DNA of 64,000 nucleotides, taken from the NCBI GenBank assembly GCA_018267385.1, contig JAFDYN010000009.1, forward strand, positions 225,959 through 289,958. The letters are read 5' to 3'. This stretch comes from Bacteroidota bacterium. GTDB taxonomy: Bacteria > Bacteroidota > Bacteroidia > Chitinophagales > LD1. The translations under genes and the position numbers were made by a program. Numbering within the stretch: position 1 is the stretch's first letter; each line of letters begins with the position of its first letter. A model generated the notes under the pieces. The model did no database searches, was not told where the DNA came from, and was given only the letters and a program-made list of their open reading frames with translations. Shown one piece after another: positions 1-9,400 of the stretch.

Positions 1-1
1 G

Positions 2-469
2 GCACTGACTCCCGGACAAAAAGCTCCTGACTTCAAACTCTTCAATACCGACAAAAAAGAAATTAGCCTGGCTGACCTAAAAGGCAAGAATGTGATCCTA
101 CATTTCTTCCCGCTGGCATTTACCGGCGTCTGCACAGCGCAGCTCTGCAATATGCGCGACAATATCGACTACTACACCGGCCATAATGCTGTTGTGCTGG
201 GAGTTTCTATAGATACGATCTTTACGCTGGAGCAGTTTAAGAAACAACTGAACTACAACTTTGACCTTCTTTCAGACTTTAATAAGGATGTGATCAAAGC
301 ATATGATATGTACATCCCAGAGTTTGCTTTTGGTATGAAGGGCGTAGCCAAACGCGGTGCAGTAGTAATTGATAAGGACGGTACTATCGTCTATGCTGAG
401 GAAACTGCCAACCCCGGCGTACAGGTAAACTTTGACGCGATCAAAGAGGCTGTAGAAAAGCTCGGCTGA
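2..469 (+). CDS. Peroxiredoxin / thiol peroxidase (AhpC-TSA/redoxin family), 5'-truncated by window edge
   Basis: The frame is open from nt 2 (ALTPGQKAPDFKLFNTDKKEISLADLKGKNVILHFFPLAFTGVCTAQLC). It has the FPxxFTxVC peroxidatic-Cys motif. The ORF track starts only at an internal codon (92). Confidence 0.85.
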   Translation, partial: ALTPGQKAPDFKLFNTDKKEISLADLKGKNVILHFFPLAFTGVCTAQLCNMRDNIDYYTGHNAVVLGVSIDTIFTLEQFKKQLNYNFDLLSDFNKDVIKAYDMYIPEFAFGMKGVAKRGAVVIDKDGTIVYAEETANPGVQVNFDAIKEAVEKLG

Positions 470-563
470 ACACTATAGGAAATGTGCTGAATACGTGGGC
501 TATGGCTCACGCTGATTTTTCTATATTTACCCCCGTTAAGATAACTCTAATCATTCTGCATAT

Positions 564-1886
564 ATGGCATCTTATGAGCTGATCATGCCCAAAATGGGCG
601 AAAGTATCACCGAGGCGACGATACTCAAGTGGAACAAAAAGGAAGGTGATGCGATCAAAACTGACGAGGCCGTTCTCGAGATAGCGACCGACAAGGTAGA
701 CTCTGAAGTACCCTCTCCTGTAGCCGGTACGCTCACAAAAATGCTCTATAAGGAAGGCGATGTAGTAGCAGTAGGCAAGGCCGTAGCGATCATCGAGACC
801 GGTGGCGGCGGTGCTACCTCTGCACCCATTACAGTAGCAGAAAAAACCACGACCACCGCAACCGCCTCTGTCAGCAAGCCCGTACAGACGGCATCCGTTC
901 AAACTACTACTGCTGCCGCTGGTGGCGATAGGTTCTACTCACCGCTCGTGCTCAATATAGCCCGACAGGAAGGAATCTCGATGGCAGAGCTGGAATCTCT
1001 TCCGGGCACAGGTGCCGGTGGCCGTGTGACCAAGAAGGACATCCTCTCCTATGTAGAAAACCGCGGCAATGCGCCTGCTGAGCAACCGACACAAACCGTA
1101 CAGCAGACTCCGTCGCAAACACAGGCCGAAGCACCAAAACAAGAAGCAACTATAGCCCCTGCCAAATCCTACTCCGGCAATGTAGAGATACAGGAGATGG
1201 ACCGTATGCGCCGCCTCATAGCTGAGAATATGGTGCGCTCTAAATCTACGTCAGCGCACGTCACCTCATTCGTAGAGGCAGACGTGACCAACATCGTGAA
1301 CTGGCGAAACAAGATGAAGAAGAAGTTTCAGGACATGTATGGTGAGAACCTCACCTTCACTCCTATCTTCATAGAGGCAGTGACCAAGGCGCTCCGCGAC
1401 TTCCCACTGATCAACTCGTCTATAGACGGCAATAACATCGTAGTCAAAAAAGACCTCAATATCGGTATGGCTGCGGCCTTGCCATCAGGCAACCTGATCG
1501 TACCGGTGATCAAGAACGCCGACCTCCTCAACATAGTGGGTATAGCCAAGAAAGTAAACGACCTCGCTAACCGCGCCCGTATCAATAAGCTAAAGCCAGA
1601 TGAAATAGAGGGAGGTACCTTCACGCTGTCTAATGTCGGTACCTTCGGCAATGTAATGGGCACACCTATCATCATGCAGCCACAGGTAGCGATCCTCGCG
1701 GTGGGCGCTATCAAGAAGAAGCCCGTGGTGATCGAGACGCCGGATGGTGACGTGATAGGCATCCGCCACATGATGTTCCTCTCCCACTCCTATGACCATC
1801 GTATCGTAGATGGTGCACTCGGCGGCTCCTTTGTCCGTCGCGTAGCTGACTATCTGGAAAAGTGGGATGTGAGCAGGGACATCTAA
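564..1886 (+). CDS. 2-oxoacid dehydrogenase E2 component (dihydrolipoamide acyltransferase)
   Basis: 440 aa. N-terminal lipoyl domain (EIATDKV), Ala/Thr/Pro-rich linkers and an E3-binding segment (SPLVLNIARQEGI). C-terminal catalytic domain has SHSYDHRIVDG. Confidence 0.93.
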   Translation: MASYELIMPKMGESITEATILKWNKKEGDAIKTDEAVLEIATDKVDSEVPSPVAGTLTKMLYKEGDVVAVGKAVAIIETGGGGATSAPITVAEKTTTTATASVSKPVQTASVQTTTAAAGGDRFYSPLVLNIARQEGISMAELESLPGTGAGGRVTKKDILSYVENRGNAPAEQPTQTVQQTPSQTQAEAPKQEATIAPAKSYSGNVEIQEMDRMRRLIAENMVRSKSTSAHVTSFVEADVTNIVNWRNKMKKKFQDMYGENLTFTPIFIEAVTKALRDFPLINSSIDGNNIVVKKDLNIGMAAALPSGNLIVPVIKNADLLNIVGIAKKVNDLANRARINKLKPDEIEGGTFTLSNVGTFGNVMGTPIIMQPQVAILAVGAIKKKPVVIETPDGDVIGIRHMMFLSHSYDHRIVDGALGGSFVRRVADYLEKWDVSRDI

Positions 1887-1895
1887 TTACACTGC

Positions 1896-2414
1896 CTAGG
1901 CATTATCGGGCTGCGGATGGCTTTTGAGCTTATCAAAGATATAGCAACAACACATAGCTATATAGGCAGCGTCTGAGAAGTACATCAAAGTTTTGCCTTC
2001 TTGCCATTGCAGTATCTGCATGAGATTCGCGAGGAGCATCGTACAGAAAAACAGCATTTTCATCATATCCAGAAGCACTTTTTCAGTCTTGGATATATAC
2101 CAGAGCAGATAGACCAGGGAAGCGCCGCCCCAGGACAAAATCAGCATGACATTCGCACCGGGCCAATGCATGATCTTAAACATCATCGCGACTATTATCA
2201 CTGGCACGCTCAGATACAGCAAGATGTTGTAGGGCTTGACTTGAAGCACTCTGCCGTCCCGTAGGATGGTGAGTGTTGCTATCATACCGATCAGCCATAG
2301 CGTATTAGATAGCAGGTGGTTCACACCCGGTGGCCCCATAGCCAGCTTGATGATGCCAGCCACTATACCTGCCGCCACGACAGCCGCTTTGATCTTATTG
2401 TTAGTATTTTCCAT
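1896..2414 (-). CDS. Hypothetical polytopic membrane protein
   Basis: 172-aa ORF with about 5 hydrophobic segments and a KIMHWPGA motif. No family assigned. Confidence 0.6.
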   Translation of the reverse strand: MENTNNKIKAAVVAAGIVAGIIKLAMGPPGVNHLLSNTLWLIGMIATLTILRDGRVLQVKPYNILLYLSVPVIIVAMMFKIMHWPGANVMLILSWGGASLVYLLWYISKTEKVLLDMMKMLFFCTMLLANLMQILQWQEGKTLMYFSDAAYIAMCCCYIFDKLKSHPQPDNA

Positions 2415-2476
2415 AGCTATATAAAGCTAAAAGAAAGCATTCTATCTTATATTAGCCCACTCACATATTTTTTGAT

Positions 2477-3586
2477 TTGGACACTACTGATTCCACCCTA
2501 CTCCATACGATTGCCCTCACACTTGTGCCCGATATAGGCAGTGTGCTGGCACAAAACCTCATAGCCTACTGTGGCAGCGCAGAGGAGGTTTTCAAATGCT
2601 CCAAGAAAAAACTGCTCTCCATACCGCAGATCGGTGAGGAAAGGGCCAACAGCATCCTTTCGGCAGATGTACTGAGAGATGCCGAGGCAGAACTCAAATT
2701 TATACAGGACTACAAGATCCAGCCGCTTGTCTACACGGACCCAGCCTATCCCCAAAGACTGCGTGAGTGCAATGACCTTCCTATCATACTCTACTATCGC
2801 GGCAATGCCGACCTCAATGCAGCAAAAATAGTGAGCGTAGTGGGCACACGTCACATCACAGAGTATGGCAAGGAGTTCACCAGGAAATTTGTGGAAGAAC
2901 TAGGCGACCAGAATATTTTAGTAGTGAGCGGCCTGGCCTATGGCGTGGATGTGGCTGCGCATCAGGCTGCGCTGGACAGCAAAATGAGTACCATAGGTGT
3001 GCTGGCCCATGGTCTCAATACCATCTATCCTGCCCAGCACAAGACTGTAGCGCGCCGCATGACCGAGCAGGGGGGCCTTCTGACGGAGTACACCTCCAAG
3101 CATGAAATGTCACCGGGCAACTTCCCGGCGCGCAACCGCATCGTGGCAGGCATGGCCGATGCCACGGTAGTGATAGAGAGCGCAGCCAAAGGCGGAGCGC
3201 TCATCACGGCCGGTATAGCCAATACATACAACAAAGAGGTCTTTGCCATACCGGGACGAGTGAGCGATAAGTATAGTGCAGGATGCAACTTCCTCATCCG
3301 CACTTTCAAGGCGACCATGATAGAGAGCGCAGCACAGTTTCTGGAGGCTATGAACTGGCAGAGCAATGCCACACCTAAAAAGCGCAAGGCCCAGCTGTCG
3401 CTGCATCTATCCGCACAGGAGCAGAAGATATATCAGCTCCTGTCTGCCGAGGAGCTGGAGATAGACCGCTTGGTCCTTCTGTCTGAGATGAGCGGTGGCG
3501 AGATAGCCGCTATCCTGCTGGAGATGGAGATGAATGGCATGGTGGTCTCCCTCCCCGGCAAACGGTACAAGCTCGTTAGCGCCTGA
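2477..3586 (+). CDS. dprA: DNA-processing protein DprA
   Basis: 369 aa with a TTG start in the ORF track. Rossmann-like DprA core (VVSGLAYGVDVAAHQAAL, FPARNRIVAGMADATVVIES) and a C-terminal winged-helix-like tail. Confidence 0.92.
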   Translation: MDTTDSTLLHTIALTLVPDIGSVLAQNLIAYCGSAEEVFKCSKKKLLSIPQIGEERANSILSADVLRDAEAELKFIQDYKIQPLVYTDPAYPQRLRECNDLPIILYYRGNADLNAAKIVSVVGTRHITEYGKEFTRKFVEELGDQNILVVSGLAYGVDVAAHQAALDSKMSTIGVLAHGLNTIYPAQHKTVARRMTEQGGLLTEYTSKHEMSPGNFPARNRIVAGMADATVVIESAAKGGALITAGIANTYNKEVFAIPGRVSDKYSAGCNFLIRTFKATMIESAAQFLEAMNWQSNATPKKRKAQLSLHLSAQEQKIYQLLSAEELEIDRLVLLSEMSGGEIAAILLEMEMNGMVVSLPGKRYKLVSA

Positions 3587-3602
3587 CCATTATCTTTGCT
3601 CT

Positions 3603-4151
3603 ATGGCATCTGCTTTTTCACACGCCATAGCCTCACTAGCTATAGGCAGGATTACACCCGTCATACGTGGCTGGCGCTTTTGGCTCATAGGAGCCATAGG
3701 GGCTGCCCTACCAGATATCGATGCACTTGGCTATTGGGCAGGGGTACCGTACGGCTCTATGTGGGGCCACAGGGGTATCACCCATTCCTTTTTCTTTGCG
3801 GCGCTATACAGCCTTGCCGCTGTCCTCCTCTTTTACCGGCCAGATAGCCTGGACCGCAGGACCCGTACCATACTCTTTGTATCATTCTTTCTATCCGTCT
3901 CCTCGCATGCGCTGCTCGATGCCTGTACCACCGGAGGCCTGGGTGTAGACCTCTTTGCGCCATTTCACGACGAGCGCTACTTTTTGCCCTGGCGTGTGAT
4001 CAGGGTCTCTCCTATCAGTATCGGTCGCTTCTTTTCGCACCGCGGCCTCGAGGTGCTGAGCAGTGAGTTTGTCTGGATATGGATACCGACCATTATTGTG
4101 TTCGTACTGGCTACCGCATGGGACAAACTCAAGACCAGCACCGCATCGTGA
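3603..4151 (+). CDS. Membrane-bound metal-dependent hydrolase, YdjM/DUF457 family
   Basis: MASAFSHAIASLAIG..., PDIDALG, HRGITHS and SHALLDACT motifs. I chose the ATG at 3603 because the track start (3534) overlaps the end of dprA. Confidence 0.8.
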   Translation: MASAFSHAIASLAIGRITPVIRGWRFWLIGAIGAALPDIDALGYWAGVPYGSMWGHRGITHSFFFAALYSLAAVLLFYRPDSLDRRTRTILFVSFFLSVSSHALLDACTTGGLGVDLFAPFHDERYFLPWRVIRVSPISIGRFFSHRGLEVLSSEFVWIWIPTIIVFVLATAWDKLKTSTAS

Positions 4152-4201
4152 CCTTGAAAACTACCTCCATTTAATATAGATTTGAGCAAAATGTAAAGCC
4201 C

Positions 4202-6448
4202 GTGGCAACATCGAAACCAAGTAAAAGACCAACACCACCCGCTCAAACACCTACTGCTGCAGACCGACCTGCACCCACCTCCACCGCTCCTAAATGGTAT
4301 GAAGCATCCTATGTACCCTACCTGATCATTTTCCTTTTCACGATGGGCATTTACTGCAATGCCATCTGGGATAAGTATGCCATAGACGATACCCTCGTAC
4401 TCACTGACAATAAATTTACCCTGCAGGGTATAGGTGGCATACCGGACCTGATGACTAAAGATGCCTTTGTGGGATTTTTTGGTGAGCGTGGCGCGAGCCT
4501 CGTAAGTGGTGGCCGCTACAGGCCGCTGAGCATCGTGACACTGGCTATAGAGGTATCTCTGACCGGTGGCCTCCATCCGGGTGTCAGCCACTTTATCAAT
4601 ATCCTTCTTTTCGGCCTGACCTGCATGCTCATCTACCGCCTGCTCAAAGATATCATACCTCCGCGGCGGGGCAGCGTATTTTATCTCACTATACCATTCA
4701 TTGCTGCTATGCTGTATGCCGGACATCCACTGCATACAGAGGCTGTGACCAATATCAAAGGCCGGGACGAGATCATGGGTATGCTATTCTCCTTGCTGGC
4801 GCTATATGCCGCAGTACGCTATGTGCGCACCAGTAATCTGCTGTATATAGCCGGTGGTACGGTAGCTTATTTTCTGGCGCTGCTCTCCAAGGAGAATGCC
4901 ATCACCTTCCTGGCTATAGTCCCCCTGACTTATTATTTCTTTACCAAGGCTAAACCAAAGCACTATCTCATATTGGTGCCCTACCTGGCAGCTGCAGGGG
5001 TTTTCCTCTTCATGCGTTCTATCTACACTCAGTCCGGCTTAGGGGCAGAGTCTACAGAGATACTCAATAACCCTTTCGCACATCTACCTAAAACGATGGA
5101 CGGTTTACTGACCCGGTACGCGACCATCATTTATTCTTTCCTATTGTATTACAAGCTCCTGATCTTCCCGCATCCACTCACGCACGACTATTACTTTGAT
5201 CAGATCCCATATGTAGGGATCAATGATCCGCTCTTTATAGTGGCGCTGCTTTCCACTTTGGCACTCGGTATTTATGGTATTTATGGCCTTTTCAAGAAGA
5301 GCATTCCCGGCTATGCTATCCTATATTATTTCATCACCTTCTCAGTGGTGTCCAATCTATTTTTTACTGTAGGCATCATCATGAATGAGCGCTTCCTGTA
5401 TATGTGTTCGCTTGGTTTCTGCATACTGCTGGCCTACCTGCTGGTGAAAGCCCTGGACAGGAAATATATCAATGCTAGTGTACTGTCAGGCCTGCTCATT
5501 GTGATCCTGGGCCTCTATTCTGTCAAGACCTTTAGCAGAAACTTCGCATGGCATGATAATCTTACGCTCTTTATCACGGACGCCAAGGTGAGCACACGGA
5601 GTGCCAAAGTGCAGATGTCTGCAGGCGGTGATCTGGACAAACTGGCTGACCAGAACTTTGACACGCTGCGCAGCAACGGGGAGCTACAGCACTACCTCGA
5701 CCTCTTGGACTTCAATGAAAAAGCAAGTGACTACCCTGACTCTACACTCAAAAAACAACTGCGTATCCGCGCCATCCAATACATTGACACCTCTCTAGCC
5801 TACTACCCCACCCACTCCAATGCATTTGTCCTGCGGGGCAATGCAGCCTACAAGCTGTATCATGATGTACCGAGCGCGCTGAAAGACTATGCTGATGCTG
5901 CCAAATATCGCGTAGGCGGCTACTATGACGCCTGGTATAATATGGGCTGCGTGGAGATAGAAAACAATATGCCTCTGCAAGCTAAGGATCACTTCCTCAA
6001 AGCGCTGGCCATAGATCCGGAGGTATTTGCCGCCAGGTATAATCTGGCTGAGGCATATGACAAGATAAACATGCCGGACTCTGCCATTTATTGGTTCAAA
6101 AAGACGCTAGAGCTAAAACCTCTGGATGATAAATCCTACTACAAGATCGGGACGATCTATGGCAAGAAGCTGAACAATCTGGATCAGGCCATCACCTATA
6201 TATCAAAGGCGATCGACTGCAATCCGAATGAGAAATTATACTATGAGGATCTCGGCGTAGCATACGGCCTCTCCAGGAGATATGATGATGCCATAGCTAT
6301 AGCGCAAAAGTGCCTGCAGAAGTTTCCTGACTATGTACCGGCCTACATGAACCTGTCGGTTTCCTATCGTAATAAAGGAGACGCAAAAACTGCGGACATG
6401 TATATGGCCAAAGCACAGGCGCTACAGCAGCAGGGACAAGCGAGATAA
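4202..6448 (+). CDS. GT-C-fold membrane protein with C-terminal TPR repeats (TMTC / DUF1736-like putative glycosyltransferase)
   Basis: 748 aa with a GTG start. About 10 TM segments, a first-loop acidic motif (YAIDDTLVLTDN) followed by RYRPLSIVTLAIE, and a C-terminal array of about 6 TPR repeats. Paralogous to 52781..54829 and 54929..56926. Confidence 0.75.
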   Translation: MATSKPSKRPTPPAQTPTAADRPAPTSTAPKWYEASYVPYLIIFLFTMGIYCNAIWDKYAIDDTLVLTDNKFTLQGIGGIPDLMTKDAFVGFFGERGASLVSGGRYRPLSIVTLAIEVSLTGGLHPGVSHFINILLFGLTCMLIYRLLKDIIPPRRGSVFYLTIPFIAAMLYAGHPLHTEAVTNIKGRDEIMGMLFSLLALYAAVRYVRTSNLLYIAGGTVAYFLALLSKENAITFLAIVPLTYYFFTKAKPKHYLILVPYLAAAGVFLFMRSIYTQSGLGAESTEILNNPFAHLPKTMDGLLTRYATIIYSFLLYYKLLIFPHPLTHDYYFDQIPYVGINDPLFIVALLSTLALGIYGIYGLFKKSIPGYAILYYFITFSVVSNLFFTVGIIMNERFLYMCSLGFCILLAYLLVKALDRKYINASVLSGLLIVILGLYSVKTFSRNFAWHDNLTLFITDAKVSTRSAKVQMSAGGDLDKLADQNFDTLRSNGELQHYLDLLDFNEKASDYPDSTLKKQLRIRAIQYIDTSLAYYPTHSNAFVLRGNAAYKLYHDVPSALKDYADAAKYRVGGYYDAWYNMGCVEIENNMPLQAKDHFLKALAIDPEVFAARYNLAEAYDKINMPDSAIYWFKKTLELKPLDDKSYYKIGTIYGKKLNNLDQAITYISKAIDCNPNEKLYYEDLGVAYGLSRRYDDAIAIAQKCLQKFPDYVPAYMNLSVSYRNKGDAKTADMYMAKAQALQQQGQAR

Positions 6449-6451
6449 GAC

Positions 6452-6970
6452 TTATACTCCTTCGGTAAATAGCGAGCGCAGCTCGGTAGCATCTGCAGCC
6501 TTAAGCCTGCCGGCCAGTACCAGCCGCAGCTGGCGGCGACGCAGGGCACCATCGTAGTGCTTCTTCTCCACCTCTGTTTCCGGTACTACTTCTACACTTT
6601 TTTTAGGTCGGCCATTGCTGTCCAGTGCTACGAAAGTATAATAGGCCTCATTGCACCGGTAGCGGGTTTGAGTCGGCAGATTCTCAGCCCATACCTCTAT
6701 ATGCGTCTCCATAGAGGTATTGAATGCGCGGGTCACTTTGGCCGTGATGGTCACTACATCTCCGAGCTTGATCGGATTTTCAAATGAGACATTATCTACA
6801 GATGCCGTCACCACGACTGCATTGGCATGCTTGCCGGCAGCTATGGCAGAGGCTATATCCATCCAATGGAGTATTTTGCCGCCGCGCAGGTTATGCAGCG
6901 CATTGGTATCATTCGGGAGTACGATCTCCGTCATTACGGTCATTGATTCTTTAGGAGTCTTGCTATTCAT
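6452..6970 (-). CDS. Acyl-CoA thioesterase (hotdog fold, YciA/BFIT-like)
   Basis: 172 aa. LPNDTNALHNLRGGKILHWMDIASAIAA is typical of 4HBT-type acyl-CoA thioester hydrolases. Confidence 0.85.
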   Translation of the reverse strand: MNSKTPKESMTVMTEIVLPNDTNALHNLRGGKILHWMDIASAIAAGKHANAVVVTASVDNVSFENPIKLGDVVTITAKVTRAFNTSMETHIEVWAENLPTQTRYRCNEAYYTFVALDSNGRPKKSVEVVPETEVEKKHYDGALRRRQLRLVLAGRLKAADATELRSLFTEGV

Positions 6971-6985
6971 ATGTGAGATTGATGC

Positions 6986-7504
6986 TTATTGTTGTTTTAC
7001 TATTGCCTTGTGCGCGCGGCGGCGTCTTGTGGTCCGCTTCTTAAAATCATCAGAAACAACGCTTATGTTACCATCTACCTCCAGCACAGCGAGGTTCACA
7101 TCTTCTATACTCTTCACGCCGTGCTCACGCACCGCAGCCTCTACTTCTTCTTTAGAGATCATCGCTTTCTTGCAATGCTCCGTCAGCAGTTTGCCTTCAT
7201 AGATCAGCATGATAGATTCACCTTGCAGGGCTTTGTTTACAGAACTGAACCGATAACTCAGCGTTTTCAGCACATAGTTGACTATAAAAAGCCCCAGTGC
7301 CGCTGCTATACCCCCTTGGAGGCTATTGTCACTGCCTACCATGGCGTTCTGCACTGAGTTACTGATCAGGAGTATGAAAACAAGATCTACTACAGATAGC
7401 TGTGCCAGCTCCTTTTTACCAAACAACCTGATGGCCCCCAGTATAAACAGATATACCACGGAGGACTTTGCCACGATGATCAATAAGCCTATCCAGTCAA
7501 ACAT
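6986..7504 (-). CDS. DUF421 (YetF-like) membrane protein
   Basis: 172 aa. N-terminal TM region (LFGKKELAQLSVVDLVFILLISN) plus a C-terminal soluble domain, the YetF/YdfS family pattern. Confidence 0.8.
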   Translation of the reverse strand: MFDWIGLLIIVAKSSVVYLFILGAIRLFGKKELAQLSVVDLVFILLISNSVQNAMVGSDNSLQGGIAAALGLFIVNYVLKTLSYRFSSVNKALQGESIMLIYEGKLLTEHCKKAMISKEEVEAAVREHGVKSIEDVNLAVLEVDGNISVVSDDFKKRTTRRRRAHKAIVKQQ

Positions 7505-7505
7505 A

Positions 7506-9335
7506 TCAGTTGAATTCCTTTAGCCAGTAGTGCAAACAAAGTATCCTCCAGACAAAAGCCGCGTTAGTAGTATCGCCCTTTTTATAACTCTCGATCAGTC
7601 CCTTTACTTTGGCCTGATCCATAAAATCCAGCCGCCTATAATCCACATCCAGTAGAAATTTCAGAGGCCCATTCAGCCATCTGATCTCTCCCGGCGTCAC
7701 AAATCCCTTTTTGTCCTTGCGCTCATAAACAGCAGTAGGCAATACCTTCTTAAGTGATTCTCTCAGGATAAATTTAGTCTCCGCCTTATTACTTATTTTA
7801 TCATCATTACGCAGTGAAAATGCAAACTCTACCAGCTTGTGATTGAGAAAAGGGACACGCGACTCCAGAGAGAATGCCATAGAGTTCCTGTCTTCAAAGT
7901 GCAGTAATGTCTGCAGCGTAGTATTGAGCAGCAGGTGATAGAGGAAATTATCCACCCGATCGTCAGATTTCTTTTCAAACACTATGGAAGCATCTCCACG
8001 GAAATAAGACTTCTTCCTGGATAGCTCCAGATTATAGATCCCATTCTCATCATACAGCAGAGATGCCAGCATTTTCATCTTGATATCTAAAGCTTTGCCC
8101 AAGCCGTAATGCTCGCGTGAGAGATGTGACAGGAATGTAGTGACATAGTCTCCCCAATGCAGCGACGCCACGTCTTGCGCCAGTAGCCGGTAGAAAGAGT
8201 GGAGGTAGCCACCGAGGTATTCATCAGAGCCCTGCCCGTCCAGCACTACTGTCACGCCTTCACTCTTGGCGAGTTTCATCAGAAAATACTGGGACAAATA
8301 TGAAGAACCCAGCAGTGGCACATCAGCATGGAAAGCCACGCGATGAAAACTCTCGGCTATATCCTGATCCGTAGGGCTGAAATAGTATGGCTCTATATTA
8401 GGATACTTTTTCACCACCTCATTGACAAATGGGCGCTCATCTACAGCACCAGCGCCTTCATAGTAGATCGAAAAGGACTTGATCAGAGATTCCGGAAACA
8501 AGGTAGAGTAAACACTTGATATAGCTGAGCTATCCAGTCCCCCACTGAGGCAGGTTCCATTGCGCACATCACTACGCGAGTGCAACCTTACGCTTTCTTC
8601 AAACAGCTCATAAAAACGAGCTTGCTTTTCTTCAGCACTTAAGGAAGACTTAGCCGCAGAGAGGTCCACGTCCCAGTAGCGCGAAATTGTGATCCTGCCA
8701 TTCTCATAGACCAGATTATGTGCTGGCATGAGAGCCGAGATACTGGTATAGTAGGTCTGATCACGGTACACAGCCCATGACATAGTGATGCCACGCTGGA
8801 TCTGCTCCACATTTATCCTGCTGTCAAAAATAGGTAGTTCTTTCAGTGGCTTATATTCTGATGCAAAGTAGAGATCACCTCCCTGAGAGATATAATAAAA
8901 CGGCTTGATACCAAACCTGTCACGGGAGCAGAAGAGTCTCTTTTGAGTGGTATCCCATATAGCGAGTCCCCACATACCTATCAGTCGGGTCACACAGGCA
9001 TCTCCCCATTCCTTATAGGCAGCACCTATTACTTCTGTATCTCCGTTTGTACGAAACTGATAACCCAACTTTCGCAGCTCCTCGCGTACCTCTATGTAGT
9101 TGTACACTTCCCCGTTGAAAATGATCACGAGGTCCATATAGTCAAATGGCTGATTGGCGGCATCGGAGAGGTCTATGATCTTTAGCCGGTTTTGCCCCAG
9201 GGAGACGATGCCCTCACTCCACACATTGCTATTCTCCGGCCCGCGGTGAATGATCGTGCCGAGCATTTTATAATTGAGGGCCTTCTTGTTTTCTTCGCAG
9301 AGACTATGGTTGATAAAGCCGGCTATACCGCACAT
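7506..9335 (-). CDS. asnB: Asparagine synthase (glutamine-hydrolysing), AsnB family
   Basis: An Ntn amidotransferase needs Cys2, so I start at MCGIAGF (ATG 9335), not the track start 9425. It has a GATase-2 domain and a synthetase domain with the PP-loop SGGLDSS. Confidence 0.9.
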   Translation of the reverse strand: MCGIAGFINHSLCEENKKALNYKMLGTIIHRGPENSNVWSEGIVSLGQNRLKIIDLSDAANQPFDYMDLVIIFNGEVYNYIEVREELRKLGYQFRTNGDTEVIGAAYKEWGDACVTRLIGMWGLAIWDTTQKRLFCSRDRFGIKPFYYISQGGDLYFASEYKPLKELPIFDSRINVEQIQRGITMSWAVYRDQTYYTSISALMPAHNLVYENGRITISRYWDVDLSAAKSSLSAEEKQARFYELFEESVRLHSRSDVRNGTCLSGGLDSSAISSVYSTLFPESLIKSFSIYYEGAGAVDERPFVNEVVKKYPNIEPYYFSPTDQDIAESFHRVAFHADVPLLGSSYLSQYFLMKLAKSEGVTVVLDGQGSDEYLGGYLHSFYRLLAQDVASLHWGDYVTTFLSHLSREHYGLGKALDIKMKMLASLLYDENGIYNLELSRKKSYFRGDASIVFEKKSDDRVDNFLYHLLLNTTLQTLLHFEDRNSMAFSLESRVPFLNHKLVEFAFSLRNDDKISNKAETKFILRESLKKVLPTAVYERKDKKGFVTPGEIRWLNGPLKFLLDVDYRRLDFMDQAKVKGLIESYKKGDTTNAAFVWRILCLHYWLKEFN

Positions 9336-9400
9336 CGGGATGGATTCCTTTTCAAAATTAAAGTTAGCAAAACCACCTTTATTAGCTATTATTGTTTTAC

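Noticed and set aside
507-1799. Several minus-strand ORFs (507..902, 939..1142, 952..1149, 1328..1771, 1590..1799) opposite the E2 acyltransferase gene
   Set aside because: They lie antisense to a well-supported conserved CDS and have low-complexity or Cys/Arg-rich translations with no motifs. These are typical shadow ORFs.
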